Part shown: piece by piece, positions 1 to 9,362 of the stretch
Position numbering within the stretch: the first letter of the stretch is position 1
Layout: every line of letters begins with the position of its first letter
DNA from: Candidatus Krumholzibacteriia bacterium
GTDB lineage: Bacteria; Krumholzibacteriota; Krumholzibacteriia; WVZY01
Assembly: GCA_036478295.1 (NCBI GenBank)
Contig: JAZGDW010000154.1
Coordinates: forward strand, 1 to 15,836
Direction of reading: 5' to 3'
DNA: 15,836 nucleotides
Position numbers and translations under genes: made by a program
The notes under the pieces: model-generated
Database searches by the model: none
What the model saw: the letters and a program-made list of their open reading frames with translations, nothing else
Told to the model about the DNA's origin: nothing

Positions 1-67
1 GGGGGCTTGCACAGTCGAGCCCTGATGGGTTCCGCCAGAATCGTTGCAGTACCGGCCGGCGGTACCG

Positions 68-2752
68 TTATTTCAGAACGGTCAGCTTGAGGTTCCGGGT
101 GTGGTTCCCGGTCTGGATGCGCATGAAATAGACACCGCTTGCGACCGGACGATCGCCCGTCGCCGTGGCGTTCCATTCGACGACATGCCGGCCCGCAGCC
201 AGCGGGGCATCGAGCAACTGCTTCACCAGGCGCCCCTGAACATCGTAAATCGTCACGCGCACCACCGCCCGCCGAGCGAGCTCGAGCGTGAGGCGCGTGG
301 TGGGGTTGAACGGATTCGGAGACGCGACCGCCCTCGTGATATCGCGGCCGGGTGCCACCGGGATCGACCCGCCGCTGGACGGCACGAGGAAACCGTTTGT
401 ACGGGTGAACTCGAGGTTCTGGTCTCGGTACCTCACTCGCGTCACGCTGGGCCCGTAAAACAGGAAATCCGCGTCGCCGCGGTCGATGTCGATGGTCACG
501 CCGTCCGACGCGCAGTTTGCCCTGCCGTCCGTAATCCGCACCCAGTCCCGGTTTTCCAGCGACAGGCGGCTGACGTTCGAGACCATAAACTGCTGCGGTC
601 CGTTCTCGTCGAAACGAACAAGGGCGAACGCCGCATCGGTCTTCATGGGGGATCTCTCCGACCGGCTCGTTTGCCGCGGCTCTTCGAAGGGGTCCCGCCG
701 CGAGCGGTGCGAGAGCAGGGCCGTCGCATCAATGGTCACCAGCCCACCCAGTGGATTGTGGATGAAGCAATCGATGAGGCCGTTGTCCCATTCCATGATG
801 CTGGCCGACCCCCACGTGTAGTCTTTCCGTGACACCTCCGCGACTGGCGTGCCGGCGCCTGCTGGCACCAGGATGAAAGCGAAGTGCGGGTTCACCGCCA
901 CGCGGGTAAACCCCAGGACCGTTGCGTCCGGGTCGGTGGTACCGTTATCGAAGGGTACGACGGTGACGGCGAGCGGGCCGAACGCGGAACCGGCCGTGTG
1001 GACGTCGAGGCGGCTCGATCCACTCGAGATGCGGATGGGACTCGAGCCGGCATCGACCGCGTTCTGGTCTGAGGTATGAAGGCGCCACTCGTAGGTGTGC
1101 GGGAGACCGTCCTTGTCGATGTCGTCCATGATGATGAAATACGGCGGCCCGCCGCTGCCGTGCACGGCGACGACGTTGCGCCGCGCGTGGCGGACCGGGT
1201 TGCCGCTGTCGTAACCCCACGACCAGTCGATACCGGTAAAAGGCTGGTCGGGGTCGTTGAAGGGACTATGCGTCGTGTACGCGGCAGTTGCATCCCCCTG
1301 CAGGTAATCGGCAAAACCGTTCATCAGGAACTCGCTGATACGGCCGTCGGTGCCGATGGAGGAACCGGCGTTGTGTTGGCCAACACCGTCGATCAGAACG
1401 ATGCTGTGCGCCTCGCTCTGCTTGGCGACGGGTCCCGGGCCGTGATCGACGGCAAAGCGGCTCCCGTAACCGTATAGCGTGAACTGGTTCTGGTCCTCCT
1501 GCGCGTGACCGCCGTGAAACTTTCCCGCGTAAAAAGTGAACAGGACGTCTTCGGAGCTTGCCGAAGTTTGCCATCCCGTGCGGTAACTGTAGAAGCCGCG
1601 GTCTTGCCACAGCCTGGATCGCGGTAGCAGCGCGTCCGGCTGCTGGGGGGCCAGTGCCTGGTGCCACAGGGCCGTGGCGACCTTGTCGGCCAACAGTCCC
1701 GTGTCCACACCGTACGTTCCCGAGGTATGCTCCCAGATCCACGCGGAGAGCCCACTGTCCCACTCGTTCTGCGCCCAGTCGAAGTAGGTATTGTTCATGC
1801 TCAGCGGATAATTGCTGTAGGAAGAGCCATTGATATTGTTAACGTGGGCCAAGCCCTCGGGCAGGATCTCATAGGCGAGCCACTCTTCGAGGGCGCGGAT
1901 TTTCGGATGATCGGCGTAGCGGAAACCGTCGTAGGCTTCGCGCGCATGAAAATAATAGATGAGATGCCTCATCGTCCACGCCGCGTACAGCGAGCCCTCG
2001 TTGTAAGAGCCGCCGTCGCCGAACTGGTGCGTGAGAAGACTGTCGATGATAGCATCGGCCCTCTCCATCGAGTCGCTGACGAGTGCGGGGTCCACCTCAT
2101 CGTCCAGGCAAATCGCTGCCAGTCCCAGTGCACCGGCGACCATGGCACTGTGGTTGGCGAGGTAGGGCCGGTACACGAACACGAGGTAGGGAAACGAGTT
2201 CGTCATCGCCTGCATGTAGGAGACCATTTCGTCCCGGATGCGAACGCGCAGCGAGTCGTGCACGTCCTTGAAGAACATGTCGTAGCCGAACGCCAGCGCC
2301 TGCAGACGAAACGCCGAGTTGGCCTCGTTAAAGTCGACGTCGTAGTTATCCGCGAGGTAATAGGTCACGTCACGGCCAATGTCGCGTGCCGCGTTATCGA
2401 GTTTCCTTGGGACGTGCGTCGCGAGTCCCAGGTGGGGAATCGTGGTGGTGCCGAAGTCATTCCACAGCAGCGTGGCTGTACTCCAGAAGGGGTAGGCGTT
2501 GTCCGCCATGTTGCGGATGAATGCGTAAGCGTCGTCGTCGCGACCACCGTTCCAGAGCTTGGAGCGCAGCGGCCTGCGTTCGGATTCGTTGAACAACAGT
2601 TTGGGATGGTTGGCGTCGTAGAGGGAATCGCTGACGGTGGTCGTAACGGGTCCAGCCGCGGCGGCCGATGCCGCGAAAAAGACAACGCCCGCAAGGGGCA
2701 TTACGCCTGTGGCCATGCGGAACCAGCGCAGCATGGCATGAGGATACCGCAA
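68..2752 (-). CDS. Secreted heparinase II/III-like polysaccharide lyase with C-terminal FlgD Ig-like / T9SS type A-like sorting domain
   Basis: 894-aa ORF. N-terminal signal-like segment (VVFFAASAAAA). Motifs ANHSAM, YNEGSLYAAW, HGGHAQEDQNQF and HSIVLIDGVGQ are typical of heparinase II/III-family toroid plus beta-sandwich lyases. The C-terminus SPNPFNPTT...IYDVQGRLV...SGVYF...KLTVLK is the FlgD-Ig/CTD signature. The true start could be a downstream Met. Confidence 0.8.
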   Translation of the reverse strand: MRYPHAMLRWFRMATGVMPLAGVVFFAASAAAAGPVTTTVSDSLYDANHPKLLFNESERRPLRSKLWNGGRDDDAYAFIRNMADNAYPFWSTATLLWNDFGTTTIPHLGLATHVPRKLDNAARDIGRDVTYYLADNYDVDFNEANSAFRLQALAFGYDMFFKDVHDSLRVRIRDEMVSYMQAMTNSFPYLVFVYRPYLANHSAMVAGALGLAAICLDDEVDPALVSDSMERADAIIDSLLTHQFGDGGSYNEGSLYAAWTMRHLIYYFHAREAYDGFRYADHPKIRALEEWLAYEILPEGLAHVNNINGSSYSNYPLSMNNTYFDWAQNEWDSGLSAWIWEHTSGTYGVDTGLLADKVATALWHQALAPQQPDALLPRSRLWQDRGFYSYRTGWQTSASSEDVLFTFYAGKFHGGHAQEDQNQFTLYGYGSRFAVDHGPGPVAKQSEAHSIVLIDGVGQHNAGSSIGTDGRISEFLMNGFADYLQGDATAAYTTHSPFNDPDQPFTGIDWSWGYDSGNPVRHARRNVVAVHGSGGPPYFIIMDDIDKDGLPHTYEWRLHTSDQNAVDAGSSPIRISSGSSRLDVHTAGSAFGPLAVTVVPFDNGTTDPDATVLGFTRVAVNPHFAFILVPAGAGTPVAEVSRKDYTWGSASIMEWDNGLIDCFIHNPLGGLVTIDATALLSHRSRRDPFEEPRQTSRSERSPMKTDAAFALVRFDENGPQQFMVSNVSRLSLENRDWVRITDGRANCASDGVTIDIDRGDADFLFYGPSVTRVRYRDQNLEFTRTNGFLVPSSGGSIPVAPGRDITRAVASPNPFNPTTRLTLELARRAVVRVTIYDVQGRLVKQLLDAPLAAGRHVVEWNATATGDRPVASGVYFMRIQTGNHTRNLKLTVLK

Positions 2753-2835
2753 AGGCGGCGCCGGCGGGGGAAATTCGGGACCGCGACGCGGTTACGCTAT
2801 GAGCGGCAAAGGGTTAATTCGGCTGCCGGACGGCG

Positions 2836-4059
2836 CTAGAGCAGGGTCTTGAGGTCGAAGTCCGGGTCCCGGAGGGCGTCATCCTTGCCGGCGAGGTTCG
2901 TCCGGTTGCGGATGAGACGCTGTAGCCTGGGGAATTCGCGCGAGTTCGAATTGATCGCGAAATACGCGGTGAGCCGGTCATCCTTGAGGTAGAGCACGGT
3001 AAGGGGCGTGCCGCCGATCGTGCCGCGAACCAGCACGCGATCGCGCTCGCTCTCGTCACCGGCGAACTCGATGTGCAGGTCGAAGACGTCCGACCACACG
3101 TAACTCAACAAGTCGTAGGTTCTGCTGTCACCGGTCATGTTGAGACCGGCGACCTGGCCGCAGTACTCGGCGTGGCCCCAGTGTTCGACGCGGCGGCGTT
3201 TGTCGAAAACCGGATCCGGATAATTCACGACATCGCCGGCCGCGTATATGTCTGGGTGCGAGGTCTGCAGGTGCTCGTTGACCACGATGCCGTCTGTGAC
3301 CTCCAGGCCGGCATCTTCGGCCAGGCGTGTCTCCGGGCGGATGCCCACGCCCACACACACGAAATCGCACCGCACCGTCCGGCCCGAGGCGGTAACGGCG
3401 CCCGTCGAGCGCCCGGCTCCGGGCAGGGCGGTGACCTTGTCGCCGGTGATGAAGCGCACTCCCCTGTGCTCGCAGTACTCCTGCACGAAACCGGCCAGCG
3501 AGGTGTCCAGGAAACCCGGCCAGATGTGCGGCAGCGCCTCGACCACGGTGACCTCGACGCCGAGTGCGGTCAGCGACGCAGCCGCCTCCATACCGATGAA
3601 CCCCCCACCGATGACCAGCGCGGCCCCTCCCGAAGCCGCACGGCGCGCAATCGCCTGCGCATCGTCCAGCGATCGCAGGTAGAAGACACCGTCGAGGTCT
3701 GCGCCTGGAATGTCGAGACGTACCGGTTCGCCACCGGTGGCGATGAGCGCCTTCTCGAACGTGATGTGCCCGCCGCCGGCGAGATGCGCCGTGTGCGCGG
3801 CGACATCCAGCCCTTCGACCGGGTCACCGAGAAGGGTCTCTATTTGTTTTTCTTCGAAAAACGTGCGGGGTTCGAACAGGAGTTGTGACGGTTCCTTCTC
3901 GCCGCGCAGGAACTCTTTCGACAACGGCGGCCGATCGTAGGGCAAGTGAGGTTCTTTTCCGACCAGCGTGATGGCGCCGGCGGCATCCTTCATACGGATG
4001 AGCCTGGCGGCGTGCATGCTCGCCATACCGCCGCCGATGAGCAGGTAGTTGGTTTTCAT
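2836..4059 (-). CDS. FAD/NAD(P)-dependent oxidoreductase, ferredoxin reductase / AIF-like family
   Basis: LLIGGGMAS FAD-binding fold, PYDRPPLSK, second Rossmann motif VIGGGFIGME, IYAAGD and RRVEHW are hallmarks of putidaredoxin/ferredoxin reductases. Confidence 0.9.
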   Translation of the reverse strand: MKTNYLLIGGGMASMHAARLIRMKDAAGAITLVGKEPHLPYDRPPLSKEFLRGEKEPSQLLFEPRTFFEEKQIETLLGDPVEGLDVAAHTAHLAGGGHITFEKALIATGGEPVRLDIPGADLDGVFYLRSLDDAQAIARRAASGGAALVIGGGFIGMEAAASLTALGVEVTVVEALPHIWPGFLDTSLAGFVQEYCEHRGVRFITGDKVTALPGAGRSTGAVTASGRTVRCDFVCVGVGIRPETRLAEDAGLEVTDGIVVNEHLQTSHPDIYAAGDVVNYPDPVFDKRRRVEHWGHAEYCGQVAGLNMTGDSRTYDLLSYVWSDVFDLHIEFAGDESERDRVLVRGTIGGTPLTVLYLKDDRLTAYFAINSNSREFPRLQRLIRNRTNLAGKDDALRDPDFDLKTLL

Positions 4060-4114
4060 CGGGGTTCCCCGCGTGCACGGCCGGCCGTCGGCCTCGACGT
4101 TCCGGGGGGTGCTG

Positions 4115-5041
4115 TCACTCGCGCCACGGAACGGGGAGGTTCAGCCTCTCTAGCTTGGCTTCGAGTTCGTTTCGTTCACGATTGCGCTTCCATCCCTTTT
4201 CTCCCCGTCTCAACCAGCCGAATTCCGTAGCGAGTGCGATGGCGCGCTCTTTGTCACCTCCGCCCAGCGCGGAGATGATCTCGCTGTCGAGCCGGGTCAG
4301 GTTAAGGGTGTGCCGGTAGTAATCTAGAAACGCCTCCCACACCACCGGGCACCAGCGGCTGACGATTTCGTAACCGATGGCTCGTGAATAGGCGCGAATC
4401 TCCTCCTGTGCGTGGTCATCCAGGCGCAGTGACAGGAAGTGGAGGAGGTTGTGGAGATCGATCTTCCAGTACGCCTCCGTGTACGTGGAGAGCGGCAGAT
4501 CCTTGCGCGCCTGTTCCCGCGCGACACCGGTGTCGAGGCGTTCCTGGTAGACCTGCCGGCTGAGTTCCTGCAATTCGGCTTCACGCCTGCTGAGCTCCGC
4601 GCCCTTGTCCTCGTCGACCCATCCGTCGCTGCCCTGTTTGCTGGAGACGGACTGCGTGCGCCACTGGCCGGCCGGCGTGCGCTGCGCGGAGTCGATGGCA
4701 ATCGAATAACGGGTGGAGTATTCGTTGACGTTGGCCGTGCGGTGGCGGATCCACTGCCGCCAGCAATCCATGGGTACGCGGACATGCAGCTTGATCTCGC
4801 ACATCTCGAACGGTGTCGTGTGCCGGTGGCGCAGGAGGTAGCGAATCAAGCCCCGGTCCTCGGAGACCTTTTTCGTGCCCTTGCCGTAGGACACGCGCGC
4901 GGCTTGCACAATCGATTCGTCCGAGCCCATGTAATCCACGACACGGACGAAACCGTCGTCGAGCACCTTGATGGGCTTTCCGAGAATCTCATCCAGCGCC
5001 TCCGCGCTCGGGCGCTCGTGTCTTTCCTCACCGGTCGTCAT
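4115..5041 (-). CDS. thyX: FAD-dependent thymidylate synthase ThyX
   Basis: AARVSY, HTTPFE, ThyX motif RHRTANVNEYSTRY (RHRx7S), AREQAR and HAQEEIR. AGGAG RBS on the minus strand at 5049-5053. Confidence 0.97.
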   Translation of the reverse strand: MTTGEERHERPSAEALDEILGKPIKVLDDGFVRVVDYMGSDESIVQAARVSYGKGTKKVSEDRGLIRYLLRHRHTTPFEMCEIKLHVRVPMDCWRQWIRHRTANVNEYSTRYSIAIDSAQRTPAGQWRTQSVSSKQGSDGWVDEDKGAELSRREAELQELSRQVYQERLDTGVAREQARKDLPLSTYTEAYWKIDLHNLLHFLSLRLDDHAQEEIRAYSRAIGYEIVSRWCPVVWEAFLDYYRHTLNLTRLDSEIISALGGGDKERAIALATEFGWLRRGEKGWKRNRERNELEAKLERLNLPVPWRE

Positions 5042-5086
5042 CGAGCGGCTCCTGGCTCAGGATCAAAACCACAGGTTGAAAAGGCC

Positions 5087-5116
5087 ATAATATATTGAAA
5101 AAGCGGAGGTTGTCAA
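5087..5116 (-). promoter_or_regulatory. Sigma70-type promoter for thyX
   Basis: Minus strand reads TTGACA (5116-5111), an 18-bp spacer and TATTAT (5092-5087), or TATATT with a 16-bp spacer. It lies in an AT-rich patch about 45 bp upstream of the thyX start. Confidence 0.7.
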
Positions 5117-5120
5117 TCGG

Positions 5121-6245
5121 TCACTCGCCCCGGCGGACCGCCTCGAAACGCTCGTCGTAGAGGGGCGCCGTGTCGCGCCAGTCGTAGCGCCGGGCCGCTT
5201 CGCGGAGGTCATGCGTCTCGAGGGACGTGAAGTTGCAGACGGCCTCGTCCAGTTTCTCCACCAGTTCGTCGAATTCCTCGTAGAAACATGCGGAATACCG
5301 CTCTTCGGGGATGAGCTCCGGGTAGGCGAGCCGCCGCGGCAGGATGGGAAAGCACCCGCAGTACATCGCTTCGAGGACGCTGCCGCCGAAGAAATCCTGG
5401 TTGGAAGTGACGGGCAGGATGTGCGAGCGCCACAGCCACCCGGCGTATTCACGGCGGCTGGCGACGTATCCCGAATGGATGATGCGCTCGCCCAGTGCCG
5501 AGGCGCCCGCGAGAAACGGTGCGGGAACGACGTCGAAGACCTCGCCCACCAGCGCGACGTCGAAGGCCCGGCCGCGCCCGGCGACCAACTGCAGGGCGGC
5601 GAAGAAATCCTCCGGGTTCTTGTCGTACTCCCAGCGATGGTTCCACAGGACCAGCGGCCGCGGACTCTTCACGCCCTCGGTGGCCGGTCGATCCCCGGCC
5701 GCATCCAGCGAGTGCAGGTCGAAGCCGAGTGGTAGTACTTCACACTTGCGCCGAATAACGGCCACCTGGCCCAGTTCCTGGTGGTCGGGGAACTGTCTCA
5801 GAAACACCGGCAGCGCTTCGAGGAACGAGTTCATGTGGTAGCGCGAATTAAAGAACACGCGGTCGCACGCGAGGGCGGACACAAAATTGATAAAGCTGTA
5901 GTGACGGTCCCATGCGCGGCGCTTGTCGCGGTCTTTCGGTGACCAGGGATAGGTCAGCTGGTTTTCATGAAAGTAGATGGCGGTGGGGATGCCGGCGGTG
6001 ACCTTGCGCGTCAGCGCCAGGAAGGCGCCCATGTCGAGCATGTCGGTCGCCAGCAAGAAATCGGGCCGGTAGCCGCCCGCGAGGAACCGTTCGGCCAGCG
6101 TGACAGCGCCGCCGTGCATGCGCCATTTCCAGTGGCTGCCGCTGAGCTCGAGTATCTCCACGCGGTGCCGGCTGTGCGCGGCGAGACCTTCCGCCCAGGA
6201 CGCGTGGGATCCGGTGTAGAACGGTTCGAGCAGGACGATGTTCAT
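5121..6245 (-). CDS. DUF3524-containing GT-B (GT4-like) glycosyltransferase, homologue of eukaryotic GTDC1/QTMAN
   Basis: LLEPFYTGSH, HWKWRM, YFHENQLTYP, FFNSRYH, LWNHRWEYDKNP and QDFFGGSVLEA...PRRLAYPE match the GTDC1/DUF3524 family as I recall it. D-x7-E variant of the retaining GT-B motif. Confidence 0.85.
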   Translation of the reverse strand: MNIVLLEPFYTGSHASWAEGLAAHSRHRVEILELSGSHWKWRMHGGAVTLAERFLAGGYRPDFLLATDMLDMGAFLALTRKVTAGIPTAIYFHENQLTYPWSPKDRDKRRAWDRHYSFINFVSALACDRVFFNSRYHMNSFLEALPVFLRQFPDHQELGQVAVIRRKCEVLPLGFDLHSLDAAGDRPATEGVKSPRPLVLWNHRWEYDKNPEDFFAALQLVAGRGRAFDVALVGEVFDVVPAPFLAGASALGERIIHSGYVASRREYAGWLWRSHILPVTSNQDFFGGSVLEAMYCGCFPILPRRLAYPELIPEERYSACFYEEFDELVEKLDEAVCNFTSLETHDLREAARRYDWRDTAPLYDERFEAVRRGE

Positions 6246-6302
6246 GGACGCAGCCGGTCGTCACCAGCTCCTGGTGGGCAAGTCGTTATGGAACCGGCGT
6301 CC

Positions 6303-7460
6303 CTAGGCGGCAAGCGCCTGGCCCAGGTCCGAGATGAGATCGTCGGCCGCTTCGATGCCGACCGACATGCGCACCAGCGTGTCCGAGATGCCGCTTCGTT
6401 TCAGCTCGTCGCCGGAGAGACCCGCATGAGAGGTAACCGCCGGTCGCGTGAGCAGGGATTCCACACCGCCGAGACTGGGTGCGATCAGCGGAATACGCAC
6501 CGACCGCATGAACCGGTTGACGTCGTCCAGGTCGCCCTTCAGCTCGAAGCTCAACATGCCGCCAAACCCGTCGAACAGCTCACGTGCTCTCTCGTGCTGT
6601 GGATGATTCTCCAGCCCGGGGTAGTTAACGCTGGCGACCGCCGTGTGCGAGTCGAGGAATTCAGCGATCTTCTGTGCGTTGTCATTCTGGCACCGCACGC
6701 GCAGTGCCAGGGTCTTCAGCCCACGATGCAGCAGAAAACACGCGTGCGGGTCGAGCGTGCCTCCCAGGTGGTCGGTCTTGAACTTGGTTGCCTTGACGAG
6801 GTCGCCCCTGCCGATGACCGCGCCCGCCACAATATCGGAATGGCCGTTCATGTATTTGGTGCAGCTGTGCAGCGACAGGTCGAACCCCAACTCGGCCGGG
6901 CGAAAGTTGATCGGGCTGGCAAACGTGTTGTCGATCATCGTAATCAGGTTGTGCGCGCGGGCGAAGTCGACGACCGCCTTCAGGTCGCCCACGGTCATCA
7001 ACGGGTTGGCGATGCTCTCTACGTAGAACACCCGCGTGCCGGGACGAAGCTTCGTCTCCCACGAGCCCGGGTCATCCGCATCGACCAGGTCATGTTCGAT
7101 CCCGAGTCTCGGGAGATCCTTGAGCACCAGGTCGTGGGTGCCGCCGTAAAGACAGTTCTGGATCAGTATGTGGTCTCCCGCCGACAGCACGGCCAGCAGC
7201 GCGGTCGAGATCGCCGCCATGCCGCTCGCGGTGACGAGGGCGTCCTCGGCGTTTTCCAGAGCCGCCATTTTCGTGGCGAGCGCGACGTGGTTGGGCGTGT
7301 TGTTGAGCCGGATGTAACGGATGTCGTGATAGCCCTCACCCCCGAAAGTCTCGAACGTCGAGGACTGAAAGATCGGCAGGCTCACCGCGCCGTCCATGCG
7401 GGGCACCGGCTCACCGGCGTGGACCAGCTTGGTTTCGATGCTCTTGTAATCTTCGGTCAT
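6303..7460 (-). CDS. PLP-dependent trans-sulfuration enzyme (cystathionine gamma-lyase / methionine gamma-lyase family)
   Basis: PIFQSSTF, ASGMAAI, LYGGT, ESIANP, IDNTFASP, PLP lysine motif HSCTKYMNGHSD, SLGGVESL and RMSVGIE. AAGGAG RBS upstream. Exact specificity cannot be resolved from motifs. Confidence 0.92.
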   Translation of the reverse strand: MTEDYKSIETKLVHAGEPVPRMDGAVSLPIFQSSTFETFGGEGYHDIRYIRLNNTPNHVALATKMAALENAEDALVTASGMAAISTALLAVLSAGDHILIQNCLYGGTHDLVLKDLPRLGIEHDLVDADDPGSWETKLRPGTRVFYVESIANPLMTVGDLKAVVDFARAHNLITMIDNTFASPINFRPAELGFDLSLHSCTKYMNGHSDIVAGAVIGRGDLVKATKFKTDHLGGTLDPHACFLLHRGLKTLALRVRCQNDNAQKIAEFLDSHTAVASVNYPGLENHPQHERARELFDGFGGMLSFELKGDLDDVNRFMRSVRIPLIAPSLGGVESLLTRPAVTSHAGLSGDELKRSGISDTLVRMSVGIEAADDLISDLGQALAA

Positions 7461-7567
7461 GTATTTCTCCTTTGACCCCGGAACCGGATTGACAGCTGCC
7501 GCCGATTTGCCGATGGTGGTGCTGTCGCGCGGGCGATGACCGTACCATCATAACACAAGGGGGGCGG

Positions 7568-8380
7568 GTGCGCTATCCCATCATGATTATCGTCGTTATC
7601 GCTGCAGCCTACGGGCTGCTGTGTCTGCTGGCGTACATTTTTCAACCGAGGCTGGTGTTCTTTCCCGACCGGCGCATGGGACCGACCCCCGTGCAACTCG
7701 GCGTGACCTACAAAGACGTTTTCTTCGAAACGGCGGACGGCGTCAGGCTGAACGGATGGTTCATTCCCGTCGAGCGGGCCAGCGGAGTGCTGCTTTTCTG
7801 CCACGGCAACGCGGGCAACATCTCGGACCGTCTCGAATCGATCCGTATTTTTCTAGACCTGGGACTGTCCGTTTTTATTTTCGACTACCGCGGGTATGGA
7901 CGAAGCGACGGCAGGATAAGCGAAGCGGGCACGTACGCCGACGCCCGCGCCGCCTTCGATTACCTGGTCGGCGAAGCGAAGGTGCCGCCGGGGCAAATCA
8001 TCATATTCGGCCGCTCGCTGGGCGCGGCGGTGGCGATCCACCTGGCGTTCCATCAGCGGCCGCGGGCGCTGGTCGTCGAGTCGGCGTTCACCTCCATCGC
8101 CGACATCGGACAGCGGGCCTATCCATTTCTGCCGGTGAAGTGGCTGTCGCGCATCCGGTACGATTCCACACGCTGGGTCCCCACCATGGACGTTCCCAAG
8201 CTCTTCATTCACAGCCCGGCAGACGACGTGGTGCCGTTCGACCTCGGTGAGCGCCTGTTCGCCGCGGCGGCGGAGCCCAAGACATTTCTCTCTATCGGCG
8301 GTGACCACAATGCGGGGTTTATCGATTCGGGAAACCTTTATATGGATGGATGGAGAAGTTTTCTCGACGCGGTGGAATGA
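7568..8380 (+). CDS. Membrane-anchored alpha/beta hydrolase (ABHD13/Bem46/YfhR-like)
   Basis: N-terminal TM followed by FQPRLVFFP, HGNAGN, DYRGYGRS, nucleophile elbow GRSLG, DDVVP and GDHN. Start is GTG 7568 or ATG 7583. Confidence 0.9.
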   Translation: MRYPIMIIVVIAAAYGLLCLLAYIFQPRLVFFPDRRMGPTPVQLGVTYKDVFFETADGVRLNGWFIPVERASGVLLFCHGNAGNISDRLESIRIFLDLGLSVFIFDYRGYGRSDGRISEAGTYADARAAFDYLVGEAKVPPGQIIIFGRSLGAAVAIHLAFHQRPRALVVESAFTSIADIGQRAYPFLPVKWLSRIRYDSTRWVPTMDVPKLFIHSPADDVVPFDLGERLFAAAAEPKTFLSIGGDHNAGFIDSGNLYMDGWRSFLDAVE

Positions 8381-8393
8381 ACCCGCGCGAGCA

Positions 8394-8942
8394 CTATGGA
8401 TTCTTCTGGGACTCCCTGGCCTTGCGCTGCCTGCGTTTCCACTTGTACGGCGCTTCGAACTTCGGTTTCGGCACGGCGCGTGACGCATCGACGATCCGCT
8501 GGGCCAGGTCGGGAAACCCGCTGTCCCCGTAGTAGCTCACCGTTTCGTACGCGAGCCCCATGCGAATCAGCCGCACGGCCAGCAGTTCTCCATCGACGAA
8601 GATATGGGCGAGCGTGCGGCGGTAACGGTCCCGCCCACCCGAGACGTATTCGATCCGTTTCGCCCGTGTCAGCATGACCCGGGTGGACTCGGCCGCCGCC
8701 TCGCCGTACGGCTGGCCCTCGTGAATTCCCAGGGCGGCGTGGGCGATTTCGGGTGTGTCGATACCGAGGACACGAATCGGTTTGCCCTTGATAAAAAACG
8801 TATCGCCGTCGTCGAAACGCACGTCGGCGAGTGCGACGGGTTTGGCGCCGCGGTAGGAGGGATGGTAGCCGTGCGGCGAACATGCGGCGAACGAGAGTGC
8901 CGCGGCGAGCGACAATAAACACTTCCAGTAATTCGCGCGCAT
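8394..8942 (-). CDS. Thermonuclease (SNase-like) lipoprotein
   Basis: Lipobox FAAC. DGDTF, IRVLGIDTPE, DRYRRTLA and LIRMGLA are staphylococcal-nuclease family motifs. Confidence 0.9.
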   Translation of the reverse strand: MRANYWKCLLSLAAALSFAACSPHGYHPSYRGAKPVALADVRFDDGDTFFIKGKPIRVLGIDTPEIAHAALGIHEGQPYGEAAAESTRVMLTRAKRIEYVSGGRDRYRRTLAHIFVDGELLAVRLIRMGLAYETVSYYGDSGFPDLAQRIVDASRAVPKPKFEAPYKWKRRQRKARESQKNP

Positions 8943-9122
8943 GTGACTTTTCCGAAATCGGTGGTTAATTGAACTCGGAACCGGCGCCGTAGCGTACGCC
9001 GGTTCTTACAGCCGGGACGCCGAGCGTATCACATGGGGCGAGAAAAACGAGACACGATCGACCGGCCCCCGCAATGAATTGGGTGAAAACACCTCTTTGG
9101 GCGACCCCGTTGGCTGCTTTCA

Positions 9123-9159
9123 AAAGTGGACACGTTGTGGACATTTGGGTGTCAACTTT
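9123..9159. promoter_or_regulatory. Candidate activator-binding site (enhancer/UAS)
   Basis: AAAGTGGACAC (9123-9133) and GTGTCAACTTT (9149-9159) form a 10/11 inverted repeat. GTGGACA also occurs as a direct repeat 11 bp apart (9126, 9137). Confidence 0.5.
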
Positions 9160-9264
9160 GTGGCCGGATGGGGCCTGGGCGTGGATCCCTAACCGGTTGT
9201 GAAATAAATAATTTCCGTCCATTTCTGGGGTCGCAGGGAGGTAGCCCTTGACAAACCCGTTTGA

Positions 9265-9277
9265 AATCAATTAATTA
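9265..9277 (+). promoter_or_regulatory. IHF binding site candidate
   Basis: AATCAATTAATTA matches WATCAANNNNTTR exactly and lies between the candidate UAS and the -24/-12 element. A TTGACA at 9248-9253 could alternatively make this a sigma70 -10 region. Confidence 0.5.
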
Positions 9278-9288
9278 AAGAACCCACT

Positions 9289-9310
9289 TGAATAACCCCA
9301 ATCTTATTCA
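9289..9310. promoter_or_regulatory. Operator-like inverted repeat TGAATAA-N8-TTATTCA
   Basis: Perfect 7-bp arms, extendable (CACT/AGTG) with one bulge, in the AT-rich intergenic region. Confidence 0.35.
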
Positions 9311-9347
9311 GTGATTACCCCATAGCTCACAGGCAGTTTCGTCCTTT

Positions 9348-9362
9348 TGGCACAGGACTTGT
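9348..9362 (+). promoter_or_regulatory. Sigma54 (-24/-12) promoter candidate for the TPR gene
   Basis: TGGCAC-AGGAC-TTGT versus consensus TGGCAC-N5-TTGC (one mismatch). AGGAGA RBS at 9375-9380 and ATG at 9386. Confidence 0.6.

Noticed and set aside
7489..7526. Hairpin GACAGC...GCTGTC upstream of the Cys/Met lyase as a SAM riboswitch
   Set aside because: The leader is too short and has no SAM-I/II conserved motifs. The G-U pairs favour the opposite strand, and the adjacent TTGACA has no good -10.
44..7804. Long antisense ORFs (e.g. 44-832, 1661-2839, 3073-3888, 4439-5098, 5967-7475)
   Set aside because: These are shadow frames of well-supported genes in GC-rich DNA and show no motifs of their own.
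4115..8942. thyX, glycosyltransferase and nuclease as a phage-like DNA-modification or defence island
   Set aside because: No phage or defence hallmark genes, mixed orientations, and thyX has its own promoter. It reads as ordinary chromosome.
8965..9270. 101-aa minus-strand ORF in the intergenic region
   Set aside because: No recognisable motif or RBS, and it overlaps the candidate regulatory sites.
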